From NCBI GenBank assembly GCA_951406725.2, contig OX597814.1, positions 196,106,001-196,170,000 of the forward strand: 64,000 nucleotides of DNA. The letters are read 5' to 3'. The position numbers were made by a program, and so were the translations under genes. A model generated the notes under the pieces. That model saw only the letters and a list, made by a program, of their open reading frames with translations. It did no database searches and had not been told where the DNA came from. The stretch comes from Octopus vulgaris (Eukaryota). Numbering within the stretch: the first letter of the stretch is position 1; every line of letters begins with the position of its first letter. Of this stretch, positions 53,890 to 64,000 are shown one piece after another.

Positions 53890-54057
53890 GTAACACGATA
53901 GGCTTCTTTCAGTTTCCGTCTACCAAATCCACTCACAAGGCTTTGGTCGGCCCGAGGCTATAGTAGAAGACACTTGCCCAAGGTGCCACACAGTTTGACT
54001 GAACCCTGCACCATGTGGTTGGTAAGCAAGCTACTTACCACACAGCCACTCCTGCGG
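53587..54057 (-). mobile_element. SINE family B
   Basis: Homology to family B. Confidence 0.9.
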
Positions 54058-54371
54058 CTAAAAATATATGGTTCTTACCCTTAGATGAAACGGCTCTCAA
54101 CTCAGCCGTTAGAAACTCCAACTAGGCGCTAAAATCTGGTCAGTATCTCAAGAAAATCAAATTACCAACGAAAAACACTCACAGGGAGGTCCACATCATT
54201 TATTACATTTCTTAGTCCTAAATAACTGATCTTAACTCATTTCAAGTTCTCCGGGACATATCAAAAGTCTTGTTAATCAAGTTGAAAGCCAACTCACCAT
54301 CTGATAACTGATGAACAATGAACAACAAGACCGAACACTTCAAAAGGATTGGACGTTATCACCACCACCAC

Positions 54372-54755
54372 ATAGAGGGGACAAACAAGAACAGACAAAC
54401 GGATTAAGTCGATTAGATCGACCCCAGTGAGTAACTGGTACTTATTTAAATCGACCCCGAAAGGATGAAAGGCAAAGTCGACCTCGTCGGAATTTGAACT
54501 CAGAACATGAAGACAGATGAATACCTATTTCTTTACTACCCACAAGGAGCTAAACACAGAGAGGACAAACACGGAAAGACAAACGGATTAAGTCGATTAT
54601 GTCGACCCTATTGCGTAACTGGTACTTATTTAATCGACCCTGAAAGGATGAAAGGCAAAGACGACCTCGGCGAAATTTGAACTCAGAACGTAACGGCAGA
54701 CGAAATACCGCTAAGCATTTCGCCCGGCATGCTAACGTTTCTGTCAGCTCGCCGT
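54372..54755 (-). mobile_element. SINE family A tandem dimer within one TSD
   Basis: Full copy 54524-54755 plus partial copy 54375-54521; tatcacca(c/g)cacca on both flanks. Confidence 0.8.
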
Positions 54756-55256
54756 ATCACCAGCACCATTAACCACGAGGTTTACTCAAATGCATCCTGC
54801 AATTTAGTCTGCTTACTGATACTAGTCAAAAAAAAAAAAAAAAAAGAATGGACGTTATCGATGGAAACGTTAGCCCCGTGATTATCACTAAAACGAATCA
54901 ACTTGAATATATCAGTTTGATAGAGCGGATTGTTAACAGGGATCAAAACGTGCGGACGCCATTAACAACACTACCCCCCACTTGGCTAACTCTGCAGCAA
55001 AACTACCTTCAGACATCAGTTTATGAACGGACGTCATCAAAAGCTCTAACAAACACGAGACCAGTCATCTGATCAATCATTTGACTAACACGGCTATGTA
55101 AAAGGTGCTTAACGCTTTTAGATTGGTTGATGTGAGTGATGAGTGCTTTTTGACTAAACGTCGATGGCATGAAAGCTTATTTTATGGAAGAAACGAAATA
55201 ATCCGCTTTGCTTAAACGCTACTACACACAAAGTGGCACGCACAAAGACACACACA

Positions 55257-55321
<65 letters not shown>

Positions 55322-55859
55322 ACACACACTCACACACAATCACACACATATTTTTAGAGTTCAGAATATACCAACATCTGTATACGAGTGCATGTGAGTT
55401 GCAATGTTTAGTGCCCCCGCATTAGGCCGGTGGATGATGTGAGACAAATCTTTATAATTCAATCCATATAATTTCTAGGCATTATTAAATGAGATACTGA
55501 GATTATATAGAAGCGTTTATAAGGAGGGAATCTTAACTAACCGACTATAAACATTCGTATCACATTAAATCATAGATGAAAACTTTAATGATTTAACCCG
55601 TCCATTATCTGTTCATCTTTATGATTTCATTTCTGTTTTTTTTTTTTTGCTTATTGTTTTATTTTCTTTCCATCTACTTCCCACTCCCTTAGTTTTCACA
55701 TAATCTCTCTTTTTGTTTCAAACACTCGCCAAACTTTATATTATTTTTACGTGGATCTTTCTTCTCCACCCGCCCTCTTTATTTTCTCGCATTCACACTT
55801 TTATAGACGTTGATAATAATCTTCTCAAAAATAAAATTCACACATAGAAACACCCACAT

Positions 55860-55929
<70 letters not shown>

Positions 55930-57355
55930 TTACACACACTCTCACACACACACATATATGTACACACGCACGCACGTTCGTTCTATCAATCTTTTCTTTT
56001 TCTCTTACACCTGAAGACATCCTCACGCTGCCTTACTTTCCGCTATTTTCATTCATACTCACCTAACCACACATAACATTGTTCATATATATACTTACCT
56101 TTTGCCTCCTTAAATCCCTCACGGCCCCACTTACTCCACATAAGCAGAAACACAGTTTCAATTCTATGTTACTATGCTATGATCTTGAACTAATTTGGCA
56201 TTAATGTTTCTAATATAAATCGTAAGTTAATATACTGTCTGATAATAAAAGTATATAAAAATATTTCTCCCTAATAAAAGGACAGTTCACACTGGCGCAC
56301 AGATTATTTGGCTTGCGTAGGAAATAGAAATAAAAAGTAATTGGTAAAGGCATTATATTCTTCCTTACACGTTGCTAGTTATTCGAAAATTAGCTGTCAG
56401 CTGTCAAGGTGAGTAAAAACAGTGTCAATAGAAGAGAAAGGAACCTCCCCCATCCCAATAATGAACAAGAAGCAAACAGAACCAAAAAGGTGGGGTGAAT
56501 CAGCATTGTATGTGTTGATCTTTAGGTTTAGCTTGAAAGCTTAATAAAATTGGTATTTGAATATAAATTATATGTTACCAGCTGCCAACTAATAAAATAG
56601 AGAATAAGAATATTGGCATTTGTTATACAAATCATGGCAAGAGAGTGCAGAATAAAAGAATACACCTCATCGCCTAGTTTCGATTTCCTGTCAGCTGTTA
56701 CTTTATATACTTCAATGCTCTTGGAAGAAAGGCATGAATGTTACAATTTCCCCATTTTCGCTTTCTCAATAAATGTGTTTCGTCAGAGCCTAATGGTCTG
56801 AGTGTTGAAGTAACACGGATTTGCTTACATTTGCACTCAGTAGAACGGTTTGTTTTGGACATTTTTATGTAAAATTTGGGTCAGATCTAATGTACAGATC
56901 TTATAGAACTTGTGTTAATAAAAACAGCGGGAAATTTGCTCTAAATTCCATAGATGATTAGGTGATTAAGCTCTACAGATATAGAAGTATTAGTTTTAAA
57001 AATATGTCATCTCTACATGTATGCTAATCTAATAATTACGTTAGTTCAACAGATATAGTAGCTATATCTATGTATTCACTCTATGAATAATCCTACGTAT
57101 TATTCCTACAGCTATTGAAGTGATAATAAATTCTGTAGAGATATATTCTGTGTTTGTTGCACTGCAACTCACATCTTTATTCTACTGGGGCTCTACTAAG
57201 GCTCTACTACAGGCTCTATTAAGATATCAAAACACATTTTAGAACAACAGTAAGCGAAGACAGATACATTAACAGGAACACCTTGGCGTTACGTATGTCC
57301 TCTGCAATACCAGTGAGAACGAACCATATGCCCACGACAATATATTTCTGAATTA

Positions 57356-57585
57356 GGGCGGCGAGCTGGCAGAATCGTTAGCACGGCGGGCGAACTACGT
57401 AGTGTTATTTCGTCTGCCGTTGCGTTCTGAGTTCAAATTCCGCCGAGGTCGACTTTGCCTTTCATCCTTCTGGATCGATAAAATAATTACCAGTTACGCA
57501 CCGGGGTCGATGTAATCGACTTAATCCCTTTGTCTGTCCATGTTTCTTCCTTCTATGTTTAGCCTCCTGTGACAATAAAGAAATA
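57356..57585 (+). mobile_element. SINE family A
   Basis: Homology to 8814. Confidence 0.88.
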
Positions 57586-59000
57586 TATATCTTACTGAAT
57601 TATTTTCGATAAATTATTTACATACCTTGGCTCATAACAGAGAGAGAAAAATAACTGTAGGCATAGAGGTTCTCTCAGATTCCAATACTATCTTCCTTAA
57701 ACTCACACAAACGCACACATAGAACTAGCTTGGTGTTTAAATTTTAGCGATTGTACAATAACTCTCACAAACGAATCACGAAAGTGGATTAAATTTTCTA
57801 CTAAAACGTTTAAAAGTAGCCGAGAGCGTGTCTCTGAAGAAAACCACATCCGTTACCTGGGAAATACCGCGAACGAAGCAGAGGCGCATCCTCAAATTCA
57901 TTAATCAAAACTGAGACGTTACGTGTATGGGATAAAAATATTTGAGGCCTGGATATATAAACAGATGGTACAAGGGTCAGGGAACATTCAACTGTGAAAG
58001 AGGCGTACCAATATGGCTATCGAAATTACGTGTATCACCTACAGAACAAACAATAAAATAAAAATAAATGTAATAATAATAATAATAATAATAATAATCT
58101 AGAAGATACTGCTTTCATCGATACTTTAGTTGTAAAGATATGTTTGGCTTAGCTGTACAAATATTTTATTTCTACAAAGACGAAGTTAGTTTTACGTTAG
58201 TTTACCGAGACGTTAGCTTTAGAAAGATCTTAGTTTTACAGATGAGTTAACTCCACATATGTCTTTAGAAATATGTCGGTTCAAAAGATACATTCGTTTT
58301 ACAGATAATTTAGAAATGTGTTAGTTCAAAAGATACGTTAATACAAGTATGTCACTGATTCGCTTAGTCAACATAGGTGGATATATTCAAGTATTCGTTT
58401 AATACCAACTTCTAACATGTTCTGTAAATGTTGGAGAGTTTCTCATGCACGGATAGTCTTTTTATAGGTCGAGTACATTATAACACTAATATTCTTTGAT
58501 ATCAATATTTTTGTAACTGCTGGCGATTTTTGAATGAATAATATAGTAGAAAAGTGTGGCTGTACTGAGGTAGGAAGCAGACTATTATAATATTTTAATC
58601 ATATTTTCCTTAATATAGAATTTATATAGAATATTTTTTTGAAGTCATGAGCACATATTTGATTATATTGAGAAAACGGTTTGCGTATTTCATGCACCTG
58701 ACCAGAATATCTCAATGATGTTCTATCAATTCTATTCATAACGGTGACAACAGATAGAGTTTTATCAGTTGTTAGAATCAAGCTAGAAGATGGCTAAATA
58801 CTTAAAGAATGATAAAAGCATCAACTGACAATCCTATAGAATTGTAGAGACAGAACATAGAAACAGCTCATTCCATCTGTGAAGAGAACAGAATGGCTTG
58901 AAGATCACGATTGCCATTAGCAATTCCTAACATCTATGTAAATAACAATTTGAAGTCACGCATCTGACCTAGATATACAGATAACATAACCGTTCTATAT

Positions 59001-59247
59001 CGTTTTTGGATTTGGTTTGCAAGATTCTTTATATGAGTTCGTGTGTTGAAGCATATTCTGTTGTGTCTGGAGAGAGAGTAAAAAAGGAATGCAGTGTAAA
59101 TAACGGACAGAGTCAAGACTATTGAAAAGGTTGCCAGACGCAACGAAAATTTTAGGAAAATAAAAATAAGAAATGTGGAAATTTTACCGGTGAGTGTGTT
59201 ACATTATAAGGCACAAAAAGAAAATGACTCTCCCCAGACACAACAGA
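59001..59247. mobile_element. PLE-like family P3 insertion with inverted terminus and ~15-bp TSD
   Basis: 59054-59079 inverted to 59227-59250; ataa(c/t)cgttctat(a/g)t at 58986 and 59248. Confidence 0.8.
59119..59155 (+). ncRNA. Hammerhead motif, U3-A8 variant
   Basis: CTA TTGAAAA G GTTGC CAGAC GCAAC GAAA AT TT TAG. Confidence 0.75.
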
Positions 59248-59645
59248 ATAATCGTTCTATGTTTAAATATTATTGGACAATATAAAACTGCACACATAAT
59301 TATAAGCAATTGACATTATAGATCGGAAACTATGGACATTTCTAAATGGACTGGTTCTCTGTACATACTCTGTACATATTCAAACATACTGGTCTACTAC
59401 AGAGAAACATAAATCAAGACACAATATCCCTTGTAGCCTGTATCATCTCTGGGTTCTACTATCATTATGGTTCCTCCAACGAAGAGATAATACGGCAATC
59501 TACTAATCGAAGGAAGTATTCCTGAATAACATATATTCGCCATAAACAATATTGCATGTTAGCCATTCTTAAGAGTAACTCTTAAATCAACATACTCTGT
59601 TATTCCACATTCTTCTATAGTATACGTAATCTACATTACTATAGT

Positions 59646-59897
59646 CTGGAAACGCGTGGTTTAGTGGTTAGGGTGTCAACATCATGATCGTAAGATTGTG
59701 GTTTCGATTCCTGCACCGGGCGACGCATTGTGTTCTTGAGCAAAACACTTCATTTCACGTTGCTCCAGTCAACTCAGCTGGAAGAAATGAGTAACGTTGC
59801 GATGGACTGGCGTCCCGTCCAGCTGGGAACACATACGTTATGGAAACTGGGAAACCGGGCCCATGAGCCGAGCTAGGCTTTAAAAGGGCGCATTTAT
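59646..59897 (+). mobile_element. SINE family D-like with TSD attactatagt
   Basis: tRNA-like head, gtgttcttgagcaaaacact core, tail differs from 44473 copy. Confidence 0.85.
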
Positions 59898-59940
59898 TAT
59901 TTTTTAAATATTACTATAGTATATTATTATACTATATAAT

Positions 59941-60162
59941 CTGGCAGAAACGTTAGCACGCCGGGCGAAATGCGTAGACGTATTTCGTCTGTCGTTACGT
60001 TACGAGTTCAAATTCCACCGAGGTCGACTTTGCCTTTCATCCTTTCGGGGTCGATAAATTAAGTACCAGTTACGCACTGGGGTCGATATAATCGACTTAA
60101 TCCGTTTGTCTGTCCTTTTTTGTCCTCTCTGTGTTTAGCCCCTTGTGGGTAGTAAAGAAATA
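59941..60162 (+). mobile_element. SINE family A
   Basis: Homology to 8814. Confidence 0.9.
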
Positions 60163-60552
60163 TATAGTATATAATCTATATTACTATAGTATATAGTAAT
60201 CGCCAGAAGTCACGAAAATATTAATATATCATGTGTAGCAAAAATAATGAAGTTATAATATACTCAACTGATGAAAAAGCTGGTTGTCCGTGCATCGGAA
60301 ACTCTCAAATACAAAATTAAGCAGAAGTTGGTACTAAAAAAATACTTGAAAATATAACTATGTTGATTAATGGAATCAGTAAAACACTTGTAAATTATCT
60401 GTAAATTATCTGCAGAACTAGTTCAATACAGGGTTGACGTCCACTGCTGTCAGCATAAATTCTGAGTTATGATGCTTCCGGCAAGGATATAAGTTTTTCC
60501 ATAAAGAAGTCTATCAGTCAAAAAAATCATTCCTGAATAATATATATGTATA

Positions 60553-60861
60553 TCACGTGATCACGTGACCGATCGGACCATCAGATGTTGTTACACATCG
60601 CTGGTCACAATGTGTTCGCATTGTTTTAGCTTTCGAATGACGCCACCCCGCTGGCTAAGCGAGCAGGCCAATTGAAGAAAGAGTGAGAGAAAGAGTGGTG
60701 AAGGAGTACAGCAGGGATCACCCCCCCCCTCTGCCGGACCCTCGTGGAGCTGTTAGGTATTTTCGCCCAATAAACACACACAACGCCCGGTCTGGGAATC
60801 GAAACCGCGATTCTACGACCGCAAGTCCGCTGCCCTCACCCCTAGACCATTGCGCCTCCAC
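60553..60861 (-). mobile_element. SINE family C (tail type 2)
   Basis: Reverse complement of 34345-34659. Confidence 0.88.
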
Positions 60862-60881
60862 ACACATATATACATACATAC

Positions 60882-61455
60882 ATGTCTCCCTACACAAAAC
60901 AAAATATTATGAGAATTGAAGCTCCCCAAAGGTCAATCACAAAAAAGATAGATGGCATGTCAGACCTTGACTACTGGGGTAGACTAGAGAAGCTGAAACT
61001 GTATTCACTCCAACGACGCCGTGAACGCTACATTATCTGTATGATGTGGAAAATATTCCATCAGCACTGTCCGAATGATGTTGGCATCACCTTCAAAATA
61101 CATCCAAGGCTTGGACCACGTGCCATCCGTCCACAACAAAAATCTAAATCGCATCACATAACGACAATACGGCACAACTATTTCACCTCAATTGGACCCG
61201 CTCTCTTCAACATTACACCAGGACACGTCAAAAAAGAAACTGACCACACAAAATTCAAGAAGTCTTTGGACAAATTCCTTCAAACAGTCCCGGACAAACC
61301 ACCCACACCCGGATATGTCTCCGCAAACAATAACTCTCTGCTCGAATGGGCCTTGGTGCCCAAATCCTGAATTGAAAGACTTCGACAGGTGGTGCTATTA
61401 AGTTAGACATGGCCTGGGTCAATACTGGCCAAAACCTTTCTAAGTTATTCTAAGT

Positions 61456-61457
<2 letters not shown>
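60882..61457 (+). mobile_element. 5'-truncated CR1-like LINE (open ORF2 C-terminus plus 3' UTR)
   Basis: IEAPQRSITKKI..LDYWGRLEKLKLYSLQRRRERY..FKKSLDKFL; short tandem tail ctaagtta. Confidence 0.88.
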
Positions 61458-61483
<26 letters not shown>

Positions 61484-61486
<3 letters not shown>

Positions 61487-61970
61487 ATTGCAGCGTGGAA
61501 GGTGTTTATAAGCCACTTAAGAAACACACAAAAAACCGTTAGATTCACTTCAACATTTAAATTTGATTTGTCAAAATATTTTCGTCGCTTTGAGACCGCG
61601 ACCTGTCCACTGACAAAACTTCGTGCTGCATCTGAGAAAGTAACAGTTAGTTTATGATATATATAAACGTATGTATGTGTGTATGTATGTATGTATGTAT
61701 GTATGTATGTATGTATGTATGTATGTATGTACGTACGTACGTATGTATGTATGTATGTATGTATGTATGTGTATCTATGTATGTATTTATGTATCTATGT
61801 ATGTGCGTATGCATATATGTGTGTACGTGTATGTGCGCATGCATGTGTGCATTCCTATACGCATGTATGTATGTATATACTTATGTACTTGCATTTATAT
61901 GTTGAAGTGAATCTAACGGCCTTTGTGTGTTTCTTAAATGGCTTACAAACACCTTCCACGCTGCAATTGT
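61484..61970. mobile_element. PLE-like element with inverted termini around a (TATG)n tract
   Basis: 61484-61561 inverted to 61894-61971; HHR variant at 61567. Confidence 0.75.
61567..61617 (-). ncRNA. Hammerhead motif, G3-C8 variant (A6G in this copy)
   Basis: Minus strand: TTTGTCA GTGGACA G GTCGC..GCGAC GAAA ATAT TT TGACAAA. Confidence 0.72.
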
Positions 61971-62732
61971 TTGCGCTCCAGCACACGATCTCAGATCAAG
62001 TCACTCGCTATGCAAGTACATCTCCTTATATATATATGCGCCACAATGCATAATGCGTGTCTGACATTCATAAGAATAAATCCATATTTATTCCATATTG
62101 TTGTAATGTTTTGTCGGAGATTACTAAACGATTTCGTGGTCAGCGTAACGTGAGAATAGCATTTATGAACAACAACGCAACTCACAGCTGTCTCACAAGC
62201 ATTCAAACTCATTCAAATGTTGGTATAATTGGAATGAGAAAAGAAAATCATAAATAATATCCTACGCGTTGTTATTGACAAAGCTTACAAAAGTGTAACA
62301 ATGCGTTTCAGAATCGTCGGAATTGCAGGATGCTGGAAAGCTATGTCAGAGTTGAAAGAAAGCAGTCAAGAATAGTCCCATTGTTTGGTGTTAAAATTGA
62401 AATAATGTGTCAATATGGAAGGTAATTACGTTTGTAGACAAGCAAATAATGCGGAGACCACCACCAAAACCAAAAATATTTACATATGATGCAATCTGAG
62501 ACCGAATAATTAAACATAAAGCTATCTTATAGACAATGCGGTTGCTTTTAACAAAAAAATGCATTTGAGTAAATTTTAATAGTTTTTTTAGTCACTGGAC
62601 TACGTCCATGCTGCAGCATTGTGTTGAGCAATTTAGTCGAAGCTATCGACTACTTTAAATGTTAGTTTATATATACACAGACGATCTCATTTTTCTATTC
62701 GTTTGCTTGTGATGCCGCCTCGTATTATACCC

Positions 62733-62803
62733 TTCTTCCTTCTTTCTTTCTTTCTTTCTTTCTTTATTCTTTCCTTATTTCTTTCTTCTTTTCTGTCTGC
62801 CTC

Positions 62804-62835
<32 letters not shown>

Positions 62836-63091
62836 GGTTTCTTTCCTTCTTTCTTTCTTCTTCTCTTTCTTCTTTTCTGTCTGCCTCTCTTTCTTTCTTT
62901 CTTTCTTTTTTTCTTTCTTATTTCTTTCTTCTTCTCTTTCTTATTTTCTGTCTTCCTGTCTTTCTTTCTTTCTTTCTTTCTTTTTTTCTTTCCTTATTTC
63001 TTTCTTCTTCTCTTTCTTCTTTTCTGTCTTCCTCTCTTTCTTACTTTCTTACTTTCTTTGTTTCTTACTTTCTTACTTTCTTACTTTCTTA

Positions 63092-63122
<31 letters not shown>

Positions 63123-63172
63123 TTTTCTTCTTACTCTTTCTTACTCTCTTTCTTTCTTTCTTTCTTTCTTTC
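62733..63172. repeat. (TTTC)n-based polypyrimidine tract
   Basis: Visible directly. Confidence 0.95.
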
Positions 63173-63557
63173 ATTCATATCTAAATCAACGTTACCTATA
63201 CAGGTGCACGGTGTACCACACTGTTACTTGTCCATGTAATTTCAGAGCAACATGAGATAAAGTGAATTGCTCAAGAGCACAACGACCTCACCCGGTCTAG
63301 GAATTGATACCACAATCTCACCATCGTGAATACTGCACTCTAACCGCCCTTTCGAGCCCGGAATCTCTATATCAACATTCAGGTAAATGTGGGTGTATGT
63401 ACGTATGTTTACATGTACGCATGAATATGTATGTAGCCATATGTCTATCGAAATTTGCGTATGTAATGTTGACATTTATAGTAAAACAAAAAGTAGAAGA
63501 CAGGTGTATGAACAACAAGGAAGTGTATTAGGTAGACGCCCGGAAAAATGAAAACGT

Positions 63558-63593
63558 CTTTTATGTTTCGAGCCTACGCTCTTCAGCAGAAAG
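63558..63593 (-). ncRNA. Hammerhead-like motif, A6C variant, in a P1-related pLTR
   Basis: Minus strand: CTTT CTGCTGA A GAGC GTAG GCTC GAAA CA TA AAAG. Confidence 0.6.
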
Positions 63594-63669
63594 GAATAAG
63601 AGAAAATAAACAGAGAGAATAAAAACAACTTGTGGGTTTAGCGGTCAAGTATAGCGACTATATATAAAT

Positions 63670-64000
63670 TCTTTTATTTGTTCCTGTCATTTGACTGTGG
63701 CCATGCTGGAGCACCACCTTTAGTCGGGCAAATCGACCCTGGACTTACTCTTTGTAAGCCTAGTACTTATTCTATCGGTCTCTTTTGCTGAACTGCAAAG
63801 TTACAGGAACGTAAACACACCAGCATCGGTTTTTAAGATATGTTGGGGGGACAAACACAGATACACAGACATATACACAGACATACATATACATATACAC
63901 GACGGGCACTTTTCAGTTTCCGTCTACCAAATGCACTTAGAAGCCTCAGTCCGAGACTATAGAAGACACTTGGCCAAGGTATCACGCAATGGGACTGAAC
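63670..64000 (-). mobile_element. SINE family B, truncated by window end
   Basis: Homology to family B. Confidence 0.88.

Noticed and set aside
56392-56416. AG|GTGAGT donor-like site next to tandem TGACAG motifs
   Set aside because: No supportable upstream exon or ORF; short motifs expected by chance
57834-57870. CTGAAGA..GAAA spacing
   Set aside because: No stem I, II or III pairing

Overview
AT-rich, microsatellite-saturated animal DNA, intergenic or intronic, with no intact protein-coding gene that I can recognise. The SINE repertoire and repeat density resemble an Octopus genome (inference). Almost all ORF-track entries are translations of (TA)n/(CA)n/(TATG)n/(AAT)n. Real content: four tRNA-derived SINE families in many copies, decayed R4/Dong-like, RTE-like and CR1-like LINE fragments, several Tc1/mariner relics, a pogo-like MITE carrying a nested non-autonomous Helitron, and a hAT MITE. 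The least obvious component is about 20 minimal type I hammerhead ribozyme (HHR) motifs from many unrelated short non-coding elements. These mostly sit between (TA)n tracts and often have inverted-terminus architecture typical of Penelope-like elements (PLEs). The HHRs have palindromic, loop-less or nearly loop-less stem III (dimer-type), compensatory core variants (C3-G8, U3-A8, G3-C8) and, in some families, long branched stem II insertions. All were read by eye; none is experimentally verified.
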